IMG/VR virus record: IMGVR_UViG_3300030029_000205
Reading direction: 5' to 3' (one strand)
Origin: a virus
Lineage: Duplodnaviria > Heunggongvirae > Uroviricota > Caudoviricetes
DNA: 64,000 nucleotides
A model generated the notes under the pieces. That model had not been told where the DNA came from and searched no databases. It saw only the letters and a list, made by a program, of their open reading frames with translations. Below are positions 37,028 through 47,800 of the stretch, one piece after another (within the stretch, counting starts at the first letter, position 1; each line of letters starts with the position of its first letter). The translations under genes and the position numbers were made by a program.

Positions 37028-37651
37028 ATGAAAGATATCTATTATCATTTTTACAAAAATTTTCTTATTGAGAGGTTTAAAACTAATGAAGAGAGGTATG
37101 ATTTTGTTAAGTCCTCTTTGTTAGGTACTGCTTTGGATGAATTTAGGTATGCTTGTAACTTCCTAACAATGTTTGATGAAGACACAAGTGAGGGTTTATT
37201 TCAGGAAGATACATACGGGGTAGCAGATTTAAAGAGAATAGCTAATGAGAGGGTAGAGGCTATTTTAGGACCTATAAACTTTGTATTCATCGGGGTAATT
37301 CTAAAGTACGGTTATCCAAATAGTTTTGAGAATATATACAAACTTTTCTCATTTAAATATACTGCGATAGATGAAGTTATTCCTGAAGATATTAAAAGAT
37401 TGGTTATTTGCTTATTTATTTCATTAGCTATTTACACTGATGCACAAGAAGGTGTAATTAAATCTACAGAAGACTATAAGAAAGCAATACTTGATTCAGA
37501 GGATATAATTTATGCCTTTTCTGAGAGAATAAAAAACTTGAGAAGTATGAATACTTTTCTTGAAAATTTTTGGAACAGGGATTATAATAAGGCTAATGAT
37601 TATGTTATGTTTATATTAAGCATTGTTCAGAGGTATCTGGAAACAGAGTAA
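37028..37651 (+). CDS. hypothetical protein (ACNFL-motif family, paralog of 37873-38463)
   Basis: ATG after AAAGGAGAG. Promoter TTGCAA-N17-TAAGAT at 36965-36993. Confidence 0.7.
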   Translation: MKDIYYHFYKNFLIERFKTNEERYDFVKSSLLGTALDEFRYACNFLTMFDEDTSEGLFQEDTYGVADLKRIANERVEAILGPINFVFIGVILKYGYPNSFENIYKLFSFKYTAIDEVIPEDIKRLVICLFISLAIYTDAQEGVIKSTEDYKKAILDSEDIIYAFSERIKNLRSMNTFLENFWNRDYNKANDYVMFILSIVQRYLETE

Positions 37652-37737
37652 ATTATGTGTTTTGATTATATTGTAAAACATTGCATTTTGTGTTAAAATA
37701 TAAACATATAATATAAGAGGTATAAGATACGAGCAAT

Positions 37738-37869
37738 AATTGGTTTTCTGATAAAATGTCAGAAGAAGTTCCATTTGAAGAAATTGAAGAGAAAGCTGAC
37801 AAAGGAGATTTTCAATGGAATTCATTAGATGTATGTATTTTAAGCAGTATAGTGAAATAAGGGGGTATT
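37738..37869 (+). pseudogene. duplicated 5' fragment of methyltransferase gene 38617 (about 80 nt, ~90% identical) forming a 37-codon remnant ORF
   Basis: AATTGGTTTTCTGATAAAATGTCAGAAGAAGTTCCATTTGAAGAAATT is shared with 38623-38670. The remnant reads MSEEVPFEEIEEKADKGDFQWNSLD... and then diverges. Confidence 0.6.
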
Positions 37870-37872
37870 TAT

Positions 37873-38463
37873 GTGTATAAGTGCAGTAATGTTGTAAAAA
37901 ACAAAAGTGAAGAAATGTTCTATAAATACTGTTATGAATTGCCTGATAATGCTGAAGATGTGTGTAAATCTGTAAGTAAAGCATTAAAAACAGGTGATTT
38001 TGAAGATTTTTCAATGGCTTGTAATTTCTTGGAAATGCTTGATTATAAGAGTAACGATATTCCGTATGAAAAGAAGAGTCTGTTAAAAAGAGAAGCAAAT
38101 GCAAGAGTTCGTGAAATTCTTGGTGTTGACTTATCAGGTTTGTATGACAGGATTGTGAAGGTTTCAAAGCAGGAATTGTATTGTGGAGATGAATTATATA
38201 AGTTGTTTGGTTATGAAGTAGTTCCTGATTATGTTCAGGATTGTATTGTAAGTACAATAGTTGTATATCATATGTTACAGGGAAGTGTTAATCTTGTAAA
38301 TGTATTTACTTTGGCAGATATGATATACCATCCTTTTGTATTTTGGGAAAATAAGGATGTTAAGTTTGTATGTTCAGTGTTTAGAAATATTGCTTATGCT
38401 CTTTATGAAAAAGATATTGATAAAGCATATGATATATACAAAGAAAACATTAAAAAGGAGTAA
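37873..38463 (+). CDS. hypothetical protein (ACNFL-motif family paralog)
   Basis: GTG 9 nt after AAGGGGG. Shares the FSMACNFLEMLD / ...ARVREILG block with 37028-37651. Confidence 0.65.
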   Translation: MYKCSNVVKNKSEEMFYKYCYELPDNAEDVCKSVSKALKTGDFEDFSMACNFLEMLDYKSNDIPYEKKSLLKREANARVREILGVDLSGLYDRIVKVSKQELYCGDELYKLFGYEVVPDYVQDCIVSTIVVYHMLQGSVNLVNVFTLADMIYHPFVFWENKDVKFVCSVFRNIAYALYEKDIDKAYDIYKENIKKE

Positions 38464-38616
38464 AAAATGTTTAATATTATCATCTCAGTAGATTGCTATT
38501 AACGGCTTGTTCACATTAAAATACTATTTCAAAGCATATTTTTAACAATAATATAAAAAGTGTGTATAAAGAGTATTTGTTAAATAATAATAATACTTAA
38601 ACAGGAGGTTATAAAT

Positions 38617-40608
38617 ATGGAAAATTGGTTTTCTGATAAAATGTCAGAAGAAGTTCCATTTGAAGAAATTCAAGAGAAAGCTGACAATGGTGATTTTCAT
38701 CAGTGGAACTTTGAACCTTTTGAATTTCAGGAGAATGGCTATGAAGATGTACTTGATGAGATTAAGAAGTACACTGCTGTAGATTATCTTAAGCTTGACG
38801 AGGAAAGAAAAAAAGCTGAAAGTAGTGGAAATTCCGAAAAGGCAAAAGAGTACAAGGCTAAGATGGATAAAATGGTAGACGATGTGCTTGCAATTTACAG
38901 ACAGAAGAACATCTTTCCCATTCAGTATTTTTCAGAATTCGGTATTTTTGATGAGATTGAAAAATGCGTGGCATACAAAGCCTTTTGGAATGGAAATGTA
39001 GTAAGTTGTGGAGCAGGAGTGGGTACTACTCTTTGTAACTATCTTTTTCCTAATTTGTTTGATACTCCATCTCAGCACGATTTGGATAAAACAAATGCTC
39101 GTTCTCTTTATGAGAAATTCAACAATGATGATTTTCTCCGTAGAGCTATAAAGTTCTGTTTTAGTTATAAGAATGGTTGTCCAGTACCTACATCAGTTAT
39201 GGGTGGTTTAAGATTGGTAGGTAGTGCACCTACAAACTTTCGACCTATGAATGCTAAGGCAGTGTTTGAAAGGTTTTGTCCAGAGGGCGGAGTGATTTAT
39301 GATTTCTGTTGTGTATCTGGGGATACTGAGTTCTTTTGTGGCGATGGTTGGAAACCTATTAGTGAATATATGAAAGGCGACAAGGTTTTGCAGTATAATG
39401 AAGACGGAACTGCTAAAATGGTAGAACCAGAGGAGTACATTCATTATAAGAATAACGAGCCTTTTTATGAATACGAAAATGAAGAGTTTGCATCTTGTCT
39501 GACGGGTAATCATGATGTGGTTTATACACGATATGATGGCATACATAAAATCAAGCAGAGTGAGATATTAGACGGCTTTGATGGCGGGATTCCCATCACT
39601 TGTGAGTTTGGTTCAAAAGGGAGTGTTTATAGCTATGAAGATATGATTAGTATGGTTACTCACTTTGTAGCTATGTCTGAGAAAGATTCATCTCTTTACA
39701 AACAGTTTTGTAATGCTCTTTATTCTATGTCTTATGACGACAAGTGTTTTTTTATTGAGAAAGTTTTTCAGGGTAAAAATATATGGTTTACTGTAAATAA
39801 AAAGGCAGCTGATATTGTAAATACTCTTTGCAGAATGGTAGGGTGTTATTCTGTTATGAATAATGACCGTATTGCTGATGATATTTATTATGTAGAAAGG
39901 GATACTACTGGTTATAAGAATACTTCAAAGTATGAAGTAAATGAAAAGTACAGCTTTAAAAAGGTAGAACAGGAAGATAAATATTGTTTTGTTGTACCCA
40001 GTCATATGCTTGTGCTACGCTATAAGGGTAAAGTATTTATAACTGGTAATTGCGGTTTTGGTGGAAGAATGCTTGGAGCTCTTTCTTCTAAGAAGAATTT
40101 TAAGTATGTAGGAACTGACCCTTGTACTGAGACAATGTATCATCTGCATCAGCTTGGTGACTATATTGAGATGGTCACTGGTAGAGATGATTCATATGAA
40201 CTTCATTGTTGCGGTAGTGAGGTCTTTAAAGGACCAGAGAATAGCATTGACTTTGCTTTTAGTTCCCCACCGTACTTCAACCTTGAGGTGTATTCTGATG
40301 AAGAAACCCAGTGCTATAATAAGTTCCCAGAGCTTAATCAGTGGTTAGAGGGATATGTAAGAGAGACGATTAAAAATATTAAGCATATGCTGAAGAAGGG
40401 CAGATGTTATGCAGTAAATATTGCAGACTTTAAAGTTGGTGGAGGTAGTGAAGTAGCTTATGTAGATGAGTGGATTCGCATATCAACAGAAGAGGGTATG
40501 CCTTTATTTGATACAGTATATCTTGGTGTAACTGCAAGAGCAGGTAGTAAAGAGCAGGCAGCTGGAGAACTTAAGAAAGAAAATATTCTTATCTTTAAGA
40601 AAGTGTAA
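38617..40608 (+). CDS. DNA amino-methyltransferase (motif I DFCCGFGG, motif IV SPPY) interrupted by an intein
   Basis: Extein: ...VIYDFC | CGFGGRMLGA...FSSPPYFNLEV. Inserted Hint domain CVSGDTEF...GDKVL (block A), LTGNHDVV (block B), YCFVVPSHMLVL...FITGN followed by +1 Cys. Confidence 0.8.
   Translation: MENWFSDKMSEEVPFEEIQEKADNGDFHQWNFEPFEFQENGYEDVLDEIKKYTAVDYLKLDEERKKAESSGNSEKAKEYKAKMDKMVDDVLAIYRQKNIFPIQYFSEFGIFDEIEKCVAYKAFWNGNVVSCGAGVGTTLCNYLFPNLFDTPSQHDLDKTNARSLYEKFNNDDFLRRAIKFCFSYKNGCPVPTSVMGGLRLVGSAPTNFRPMNAKAVFERFCPEGGVIYDFCCVSGDTEFFCGDGWKPISEYMKGDKVLQYNEDGTAKMVEPEEYIHYKNNEPFYEYENEEFASCLTGNHDVVYTRYDGIHKIKQSEILDGFDGGIPITCEFGSKGSVYSYEDMISMVTHFVAMSEKDSSLYKQFCNALYSMSYDDKCFFIEKVFQGKNIWFTVNKKAADIVNTLCRMVGCYSVMNNDRIADDIYYVERDTTGYKNTSKYEVNEKYSFKKVEQEDKYCFVVPSHMLVLRYKGKVFITGNCGFGGRMLGALSSKKNFKYVGTDPCTETMYHLHQLGDYIEMVTGRDDSYELHCCGSEVFKGPENSIDFAFSSPPYFNLEVYSDEETQCYNKFPELNQWLEGYVRETIKNIKHMLKKGRCYAVNIADFKVGGGSEVAYVDEWIRISTEEGMPLFDTVYLGVTARAGSKEQAAGELKKENILIFKKV
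39310..40050 (+). mobile_element. intein (247 aa) inserted within methyltransferase motif I (FxGxG loop)
   Basis: Begins Cys (CVSGDTEFFCGDGW) and ends ..KVFITGN followed by Cys+1. The central ~140 aa may be a degenerate homing-endonuclease or linker domain. Penultimate residue is Gly, not His. Confidence 0.6.
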
Positions 40609-40621
40609 TAAGGTGGTAATT

Positions 40622-41080
40622 ATGAAAAAGGTACTTGCAGTATTTGTTTCGTTGGCTTGTATTATGGTAGTGTTGGTAGGATGTCAACAGCTTTCAGAGG
40701 AAGATTTCTATACTAAAACAGGAGATGCAGGTATGGCTACTTCTGATATGGCAGTTTCAGGAGAAACTGCAGAGCTGGGTATTGTAAAATATGGTACAGC
40801 CTCAAAAGATAATGCTTATTCTATAGAGTATTTCGAGTTTTCTAATGGAAGTAAGGCTGAATCCTACTATAACAATATTGTAAAAAGGTATAACGAGTTA
40901 TTTGATAAAAAAGATAGTAACGATGTCTTTGTTAAAGACCACAATGAGTACACTCTTGATACTGATATGTTTTATATGAAGGTATACAGGAAAGATACCA
41001 AATTGGTGGTGCTTTCTGTAAGGGATTTATCTTATAAAAACACTGCTTTGAAAGTATTTAACAATGTTGTTGCGAAGTAA
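40622..41080 (+). CDS. lipoprotein
   Basis: ATG 5 nt after AAGGTGG. MKKVLAVFVSLACIMVVLVGC with lipobox LVGC. Confidence 0.75.
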   Translation: MKKVLAVFVSLACIMVVLVGCQQLSEEDFYTKTGDAGMATSDMAVSGETAELGIVKYGTASKDNAYSIEYFEFSNGSKAESYYNNIVKRYNELFDKKDSNDVFVKDHNEYTLDTDMFYMKVYRKDTKLVVLSVRDLSYKNTALKVFNNVVAK

Positions 41081-41115
41081 GTAATATTGTGTTAAATATA
41101 TTAAATGAATATTAT

Positions 41116-41147
41116 AACCCTCTGTATTTATAGAGGGTTATTTTCAT
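41116..41147 (+). terminator. intrinsic terminator (AACCCTCT...AGAGGGTT + ATTTTCAT)
   Basis: 8-bp stem, T-rich tail. Confidence 0.55.
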
Positions 41148-41189
41148 ATTATAGAATGTTTTAATAACTGTATATAGGAGGTATTGTTT

Positions 41190-41900
41190 ATGGGTAATAC
41201 AGTAGTAAAAATTAGTAAGTATGATTACAATAACAAATACAAAGATGTACCAGAATTGAGCAGTTTAAACTCAAGAGAAGATGTGGCTACATTCTTAGAT
41301 ACTTTTGAAGAGTCAGGTTTAAAAGGGTACAATATTGAAAAGATACTGACAAAAAATTCAAAGTATATTTTTGTGTACAGTGATAAGATAACTGGTTGGG
41401 ACTTTTTCAAAGAGATTAATAAGTTATCTTCTATTGATATTGATATAACTCCTCAGAATATAAAAATTTTGTTTGATAAAACAAAATCGAGGGGATATTT
41501 CACTGAAGAAGATTATACTCCAGCTACTAATACGAGTGATATGTCTATGAGTGTAGACGAAGATGCTCCTACAGGTTTTATGGGGGACGATTCACCTATA
41601 TTGGATAGTGTTGATAGAAGATTACTCCATGTAAGAAGGGGTGTAAGACTACCTATAAATGACGCTCACGGTATTATCATAGGTAGAAGTACCTCTCAGT
41701 CGGAGTACACAGTGAATAATACAAAGGTTTCTCGTAAGCATGCACAAGTGTATAAAGAAGGTAATAAATGTATGGTACACGATTTTGATTCTGCTAATGG
41801 TACTTTTATTGATGGTTTAAGAGTTAGGTCTGATTTAGACAGAGAATTACTGGTAGGTAGTTCTTTAATGTTGGCAGACGAAGAGTTTAAACTTGTGTAA
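41190..41900 (+). CDS. FHA-domain protein
   Basis: ATG 8 nt after AGGAGG. C-terminus IIGRSTSQSEYTVNNTKVSRKHAQV....DFDSANGTFIDGLRV is a classic FHA (GR...SR.HA...D..S.NGT). Confidence 0.8.
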   Translation: MGNTVVKISKYDYNNKYKDVPELSSLNSREDVATFLDTFEESGLKGYNIEKILTKNSKYIFVYSDKITGWDFFKEINKLSSIDIDITPQNIKILFDKTKSRGYFTEEDYTPATNTSDMSMSVDEDAPTGFMGDDSPILDSVDRRLLHVRRGVRLPINDAHGIIIGRSTSQSEYTVNNTKVSRKHAQVYKEGNKCMVHDFDSANGTFIDGLRVRSDLDRELLVGSSLMLADEEFKLV

Positions 41901-41918
41901 TCAAGAGGTAGGTATCTT

Positions 41919-42608
41919 ATGAGAATAGATTCTTTATCTGATGTAGGTATAAAAAGAAAAGAGAACCAGGATAATTTCTGGTCATCAGTGCTTTTGGTAG
42001 ATGGCAAGGAAGCAGGGGTAATCTGTATTTGCGATGGTATGGGTGGTTTAGATAACGGTAAGTTGGCAAGTAAAATGGTGGTAGAAGGGGTAAGAGACTC
42101 AATACTTAGTAAATTTGATTTCAATGATTTATCTAATGTCTTAGCATCTGTTAATGATAGTATAAGGTCATTGTATGGTGGAGATAGGTCTAAGGCTATG
42201 GGTACAACCTGTACTGTATTGGTTTGCTATGATAATAAATACAAGATAATACATATAGGTGACTCACGAGCATATAAAATTTCTAATGGTACTTGTACTT
42301 TACTTACAGAAGACCATTCCGCTGTAAAGCAGTTCAATATATCTAAGAAAGATAATCCTGTTTTGTGGAACAAGTATAAAAGCAAGTTAACAAGGTGTAT
42401 TGGGGTAGAACCAAGTATTAAACCGTATATATCAGAGGGTACTTATAGTATTGGAGATATATTTGTACTTTGTTCCGATGGCTGTTGGCACTATTTTGAA
42501 GATTTCAATCTAAGTAAAGGTACTATAAATGATTTAAATTCTTTGGTTAGAAGTTGTATATCTAATGGTGAAACTGACAACATAACAGTTAGTGTTTTAT
42601 ACATTTAG
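41919..42608 (+). CDS. PP2C-family Ser/Thr protein phosphatase
   Basis: DVGIKRKENQDNF, ICDGMGG, VLCSDGCW motifs. Confidence 0.85.
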   Translation: MRIDSLSDVGIKRKENQDNFWSSVLLVDGKEAGVICICDGMGGLDNGKLASKMVVEGVRDSILSKFDFNDLSNVLASVNDSIRSLYGGDRSKAMGTTCTVLVCYDNKYKIIHIGDSRAYKISNGTCTLLTEDHSAVKQFNISKKDNPVLWNKYKSKLTRCIGVEPSIKPYISEGTYSIGDIFVLCSDGCWHYFEDFNLSKGTINDLNSLVRSCISNGETDNITVSVLYI

Positions 42609-42784
42609 GAATTTTTAAAATTTTTAAGATATGGTAAAAATAGGGAGTTATGAATTATTATTTATGTATTAAAATATTGTGAGATATGTATCTGATTTTT
42701 CGTTAATATTTGCCTATTTTTTGTGGTTGAGTTTCTGTTGAGCTTTAATTTCGTAAATAGCGTAATGAAAGGAGTTGGAATCTG

Positions 42785-44458
42785 ATGGCAAATAGAAGGG
42801 AACATTTGAACAATGGTGACCTTGTATTAAACGGTAGGTATGAAATACTTAAATGTATTCATTCTAAAGGAATGGCTAATGTTTATCTTGTAAGAGATAC
42901 TCAATTAGGTAAACAATGGTGCTTAAAAGAGATTAGGTTATCTCAAGCAGGTAGGGAAAATATTGAGTATATAAGTCTTATGCAAGAGGCAAACATACTG
43001 CGTTCCTTAAATAATGAGAAGATACCAAGAATTACTACCATTGATAATGATGGTGACTCTTTGTTTGTGGTAATGGATTTCTTAGACGGTGTTACTCTAA
43101 AGGATTTTGTACAGGAGAAAGGCAGAATACCTGAAGAGCTGGCTGTTAAATGGATGATTCAGATAGTACAAGCCGTTGGGTATTTGCATAGTGAGAGGTC
43201 AAATAAGAAGCCTATCTTTTACAGGGATATGAAACCAGATAACTTAATGATTAGGTCAAATGGTGTAATAAATATATTCGATTTCGGTATTAGTGTTAGG
43301 ATAGAGAATCCTAATCAATTACCAGAATACACTCTGGGTACTCCAGGTTATGTTGCTCCAGAGCAGAAAAAGAAAAATTTACCTATGGATTTAAGGTCAG
43401 ATATCTATTCAATGGGAAGAACTTTTTATTTTATGTTGACAGGGGTAGACCCAAGGGGTTTCATAGGGGAGAAGTTAAAACCGATTAGTGATTGGAGTCC
43501 AGATGTTTCGCCAGTATTGATATCTATTGTCAATAAATGTATGGAAGAGAATCCTAACGATAGATATCAGAATTGTGAAGAGTTACAGTATGCTTTAGAG
43601 AATTACAAGTATTCTGATGAAAAACATCGTTCTTCCGCAAAGAGGAAGGTTAAGGTAGTAATTGGATTAGCCGTAGCAGGCATTACAATGGGTATCTTCA
43701 GTATAATTCCTTTTGGTATAAACGGAGCTCAGTCTAAAGATGCTTACAATAAAGCTTTAGTAGTTGCTCAGCAAAGTGGTAGATTAGAAGATTATGATAA
43801 GGTGCTTTCTATGAATCCACTAAGCATACCACCATATGAAGGGTATATAGATGCTATTAAGGAAGATGGTGTTTTTTCTTTAGATGAAGAAAAAGGTCTA
43901 TTAAATCATATAAATCCTAATTTAATAGACTTAAAAAATGATAAGGATTATGGTAAAATTGCTTTTGATATAGGTAAGCTATATTGGTTTTACTATCCAT
44001 CTGAAGATGGAAAAACCTTGTCTATAAAATGGTTTGATGATGCAATAAGCAGTGGTTTTAATAAGGAAGAGTCAACCGCTTATTACAAGTTAGGAGTGTT
44101 TAATAGAGATATTTCTAAATCTGTTAAAGAAGCAAGTGATAGCGGTATGTACAAGGATTATTGGGACAATCTGTTATCTATACAGAATATGGATACAAGT
44201 GATATAATTACTTTACAGACAAATATTTCTATTGCTGAGTGTATTTCAACATATGCATATAACTTAAAGAAAGATGGGGTATCTTATGAAGATATTTCAA
44301 AAGAATTGAAGTTATTAAATGGTTTTGTTAGCAGTTATAAGGTAGATAGTTCTACTTTAGATACTATTAAGTCCTTGTATGCTGAATTAAAATCTGATTT
44401 GGAGGGGTTAAGTGATAGGGTTGATGTGATTTATGGTAAAAGTGGAGGTGGTAATTGA
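42785..44458 (+). CDS. Hanks-type Ser/Thr protein kinase with transmembrane segment and extracytoplasmic C-terminal domain
   Basis: YEILKCIHSKGMANVY (G-loop), WCLKEI (Lys), YRDMKPDNLMI (catalytic loop), DFGIS, GTPGYVAPE. TM VVIGLAVAGITMGIFSIIPF, then ~270-aa domain. Confidence 0.85.
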   Translation: MANRREHLNNGDLVLNGRYEILKCIHSKGMANVYLVRDTQLGKQWCLKEIRLSQAGRENIEYISLMQEANILRSLNNEKIPRITTIDNDGDSLFVVMDFLDGVTLKDFVQEKGRIPEELAVKWMIQIVQAVGYLHSERSNKKPIFYRDMKPDNLMIRSNGVINIFDFGISVRIENPNQLPEYTLGTPGYVAPEQKKKNLPMDLRSDIYSMGRTFYFMLTGVDPRGFIGEKLKPISDWSPDVSPVLISIVNKCMEENPNDRYQNCEELQYALENYKYSDEKHRSSAKRKVKVVIGLAVAGITMGIFSIIPFGINGAQSKDAYNKALVVAQQSGRLEDYDKVLSMNPLSIPPYEGYIDAIKEDGVFSLDEEKGLLNHINPNLIDLKNDKDYGKIAFDIGKLYWFYYPSEDGKTLSIKWFDDAISSGFNKEESTAYYKLGVFNRDISKSVKEASDSGMYKDYWDNLLSIQNMDTSDIITLQTNISIAECISTYAYNLKKDGVSYEDISKELKLLNGFVSSYKVDSSTLDTIKSLYAELKSDLEGLSDRVDVIYGKSGGGN

Positions 44459-44859
44459 TGCTATTAACAATAGGATTCATTATGTTGTTAGTAGGAGTAT
44501 TACTGATATTACTATCTTTAATATTAATGGTGGTATGGAAAGTACCATCGTTGATTGATGAGTTATCAGGTAGAAAAGCTAAAAGACAAATAGAACGAAT
44601 GAGAAAACTTAATGTTGCAACAAGTGGTTTAACTAATATGGATACTAATGAGTTTTACAGGTCTATGGTAGATGCATCATATTCAAGTAATACAGTAGGT
44701 TCTATGTTAGACAATCCATATAATGCAATGTCTGAGAAGGTTGTAAGTTCTTCAATTGGTAATTCATCTTCAGATGATATTGCTACAGATTTATTTGATA
44801 ATTCTGAACAAAAAGGTCATAGTATTAAGGTTCTTATAGAGCAAACAAGTTTAAATTAG
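44455..44859 (+). CDS. small membrane protein
   Basis: Overlaps the kinase stop (ATGA). N-terminal TM LLTIGFIMLLVGVLLILLSLILMVVW. Confidence 0.65.
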   Translation: MMLLTIGFIMLLVGVLLILLSLILMVVWKVPSLIDELSGRKAKRQIERMRKLNVATSGLTNMDTNEFYRSMVDASYSSNTVGSMLDNPYNAMSEKVVSSSIGNSSSDDIATDLFDNSEQKGHSIKVLIEQTSLN

Positions 44860-44870
44860 GAGGTTACAAA

Positions 44871-47800
44871 ATGGTGAATTTAAATTCAACAAAATGTAAG
44901 TTAATAGCATTTTTGTTAGCTGTTATGACTGTAATATCTATGTGCACTAATGCCATAGCAGTATGGGGTAACGATAGCAAATATGGTATTAAGGTACTTG
45001 ACGAGTCTGTAATAGGCAGAATCGATGAAGAAATCGATACTGGTTATATTATAAATGGTAAGACTCTTCAGTTAGATTGTAGTGATTGTGATTGGGAAAA
45101 TATCTCAAAAATTGAAGTTATCAATGAGAAAAATCACAAGAGCAAGTTAACTGAAAAAGGTATCTTAGATGTGCCTAAAGAAAATGGTACATATACTGTT
45201 GTAATTACATACAAAGATGGTGTAAGTACAAAAGATGAAGCAGTAAAAACTAAAAGCACTGCAGATGAGGCTGTAAAAGAGGTTTCTTTCCCGTTAAAGG
45301 ATATTACTTCTTTCTCAACAGTAAAATATGACAAATATGGTACAAAAATCTACTCGGTGTATATAGGTAGAAACCTGATGTCAGAGGGTAGTTGGTTAAC
45401 GGATAAAGTTGCCACAATTTCAATAAATACAAATTTACCTAAAGATGAAATGGTAAAAACTAAAGTGTTGTTAAATGGTAATGAGGCAATTACAGAATTA
45501 AAAGATAAGAAAATTTATGTACAAAGAAAAAATGTATCTTTGCAGAGAGAAAATAAATTAGAGGTTTACATTACTAATTTATATGGTACAGAGTTCAGTT
45601 ACACTTTGAATTTTAAATTTGATAATACAAATGTAAAAGTATCTGATGCTGAGATAAGTGGTAAGACAGCATATCTTGAAGATACTTTACTTGCTGAAAA
45701 AGGTGCTACTGTTAATGTACCAGTAGATTCTGGTGATTTATCAATTTCTTCTGTAGAAGTGTTAAAAGAAGACGAATTGTACGCTAATAGTAATACCTTT
45801 AAATTAAATGATGAGGGGTATTATTCAATAAGGGTAACTAAGGAGTCAGGAAAAGTATCAGTCTTTAACCTTTTTGATGGTAAAAAGGTTGTTTTTGATA
45901 CTGAGAGTCCTAAGTTAGTATCTTCAAAGTATAATGATGCTGATTTTGATACTGATTCTTGGTATAATAAGGAAGGTGTTCTGTCATTTATTGCAAAAGA
46001 TAATATAGCTTTATCAAAAAACTATACTTTAGTAGTAAATGGCAAGGATTATACTTGTGATATCAAAGAACTTGAAGATGATACTTACAGCTATAATATA
46101 GATACAACTTTATGGGATAAAAATGAAGAAGGTATTTATAAAATTGCTCTTACAGCGGAAGATTTAATGGGTAATGAGTTAAATATTTCTACTGTACTGA
46201 AACTTGATACTATTAAACCGAGTTATCATGGGGTTACTGTTGAGAGTGACAGTCAAATTGATAATGTATATTACTTTAAAGATGAAATTACCTTAAAAGG
46301 TCAATTCTCGGACAAAGGCTCAGGGGTAAAAACAGTAAGCTATAAAGATACTGATGATGAAGATTTTAAAGAAATCTCATTACCGTTCAAGACAAAAGGT
46401 CAGGGTACTTTCAAGGTAGAAGATGTTGCAGGTAATATATCTACTTATACTACTGGAGAATTATTAACTCTGTTGGGGGTATCACCCTATGTGGTAGATG
46501 ATGACAATCCTGTAATTGTCAGAAACAGTTTAGATGTACCTTATACAAAAGATGGTGAAGATTATCTTTCAAAAAAGCCAATCTTAACATACAAAGTTAC
46601 TGATAGTAATATGAAATCAGTAGATTTTTACATTAATGGTGTATTACAGGATAGTACATATAATGTAAATGATTTATATCAGTTTAGTACAAACGGTATT
46701 TCTGATGGAAAAAATACCGTAAAGGTAGTTGCTACCGATAAAGCAAACCATGTTTCAGAAGATGTGTACTCTTTTGTTTTAGATAAATCAGCTCCTAAAA
46801 ACATACAGGTGAAGGCTGATAAACCTACAAATGAAAAACAGGGTAATGTTTATTATCAGGAAGATTTAAATGTAAATATTTCTGCGGAAGATAAAACATC
46901 AGGCATTAAATATTATAGTCTTAATGGTAATAACACAGACAAAGGTAATTTTACTATTACTGAAGATGGTTCTTACAAGTTTAATGTATATGATAATTTA
47001 GGTAATAATATAGGTAATACTCCATTATCTGATTACACAGGTTGGGATGGCAATAACATTGTTATTGATAGAAATAATCCTGTTATTGAGGCAAAAAGAC
47101 CTGAGGGTAGTAAGGATGATTGGTTTGATAAGAATGTAGTATATAATGTGTCAATATCAGATGACAAAGGTATTAATTCAGCATATATTACTATTAACGG
47201 AATCAAGGTAGCTACTTTTGAAACAGATAAAACTGATGTAAAGACAGCAACTTTATCTGCTGATACCTCTTTAGTAAAGCCAAACTATGATGGTAGTTAT
47301 GATATTAAGGTCTATACAGAAGATAATAGTAAACGAAATGCATCTTGGTCAGATAAGGTATATATTGATACCGACGCTCCTACTGATATAGTTGTTGATT
47401 GCGAAACCCCATCTAATGAAAAAGGTGGTAATGTTTATTTTAAAAACAGTTTTTACATTCAGGTTTCTGCAAGTGATGATTATGCAGGTATTAGTAAATA
47501 CTATTTAAATGATACAGAAGTCAATGATTCTGGTAGATTTCTTATTGAGGCTAATGGTTCATATACTGTAAGTGTAGAAGACAAAATGGGTAATAAATCA
47601 AAACCCATAACCTTACAAGAGTTGCTTGGTTGGCAGGGGAATAACATTGTTATAGACGGCAATAAACCTGTATTTGATGCAAGCAGACCTAACGGGGAAG
47701 ATACCGAAAACAAGAATTGGTATAAGAAAGATGTAGTATATTCTGTAAAAATTACAGATGATGAGGGTATTAACTTTGCTTATATGAAAGTTAATGGTTT

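Noticed and set aside
37616-38257. 213-aa minus-strand ORF (and all other minus-strand ORFs in the track, e.g. 2575-3048, 34673-35113, 48845-49231, 61612-61977)
   Set aside because: Each lies antisense to a well-supported + strand gene or spans an intergenic region. They have low-complexity, stop-poor AT-rich composition and no RBS, and no recognisable motifs. They are most likely shadows of the + strand coding frame.
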